Positions 63,496 through 64,000 of a DNA stretch of 64,000 bases are shown in pieces. The stretch is from a virus. The DNA is taken from positions 84,717-148,716 of IMG/VR virus record IMGVR_UViG_3300024999_000040. One strand, written 5' to 3'. Numbering within the stretch: position 1 is the stretch's first letter; every line of letters starts with the position of its first letter. The notes under the pieces were generated by a model that saw only the letters and a program-made list of their open reading frames with translations, made no database searches and was not told the origin of the DNA. The position numbers were made by a program, and so were the translations under genes.

Positions 63496-64000
63496 TATGT
63501 TTTCCTTTTTGAAGTATGCCTATATTTTATATGATACACTATTTTATAGATATTGTGAATGCCTGTATATCAACAAATTATTTGCTTTCTCCATTAAATA
63601 TCTTCTGATTTCTTTTATTAATTTCATCTACCTTGTTTTCAATTTTTTGTTTATTGCCTGATACAAAATCAATTTCAACACCATTATCATTTTTAAAATT
63701 AACTCTTATATCAATTTCTCCTTTACGTTTATAAACTGAATACCCAAATATATTTCCTTCAGCAAGATATACTCTTTTAGCAAGTCCATCTAAAGCTACA
63801 TAATAAACATGTTCTCCAAATTCAAATGGCAATTCAATATTCATCATGTTTTTATCCTCCATTCTTATATACTATAAAATCCGTCTTTCATTTTCCTTTT
63901 AAATAAGTAATCCTTTTATTGCTGTGCCGATTAATACTAAACTCAAAACACTTAAAAATCCAAATTCTTTATACCCATATAAATGATGTACATATATTTT

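Larger units (their letters stand above)
11297..63891. repeat. Dispersed gene-junction palindrome ATRAA-N8-TTYAT (about 30 copies)
   Basis: Examples: 17094, 20834, 23518, 27404, 32807, 35685, 37563, 46422, 54102, 58443, 58863, 60001, 63874. Confidence 0.8.

Noticed and set aside
6495-63661. Plus-strand ORFs in the ORF track
   Set aside because: Nearly all are antisense shadows of well-supported minus-strand genes, with no evident RBS or recognisable motifs
11297-63891. CRISPR array
   Set aside because: No regularly spaced identical repeats and no cas genes; the 11-bp tandem repeat has no spacers and the 36-nt repeat has only two distant copies

Overview
A 64-kb AT-rich segment of a large temperate Firmicutes phage or prophage with SPbeta-like organisation. 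The host-like DnaB and SSB, sigmaA promoters, Firmicutes LexA box and AbrB point to a clostridial host (inference). Essentially all genes lie on the minus strand, and I recognise no structural genes. Layout: (1) a replication core at 1-11.3 kb (ERCC4 nuclease, DnaE, UvrD-like helicase, DnaB, initiator, SSB, Sak4-like ATPase, HNH-AP2, HD protein). (2) About 50 kb of mostly small accessory genes, including an HslV-like protease, a radical SAM plus two 'FETNSSS' proteins, a truncated WGR-PARP, NAD ligase, a sigma factor, two tRNAs with structured ncRNA candidates, a Mesh1-like hydrolase, an extended NARP1-like NAD-reconstitution operon, an intein-split RlmN-like enzyme and an IscB/omegaRNA element. 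(3) An SPbeta-like lysogeny cassette (intact tyrosine recombinase, orphan MazF, DGQHR/YopQ-like, MrpR/YopR-like), followed by a LexA-box promoter with an overlapping antisense unit. The most striking non-coding signals are an 18-bp palindrome ATRAA-N8-TTYAT at roughly 30 gene junctions of the accessory region, a fixed TTAACTAA motif in four promoter spacers, tandem NrdR-like boxes, and a duplicated 36-nt pseudoknot-like element with a compensatory base change. All family calls come from motif recognition by eye, not database searches. Many short hypothetical ORFs are not listed individually.
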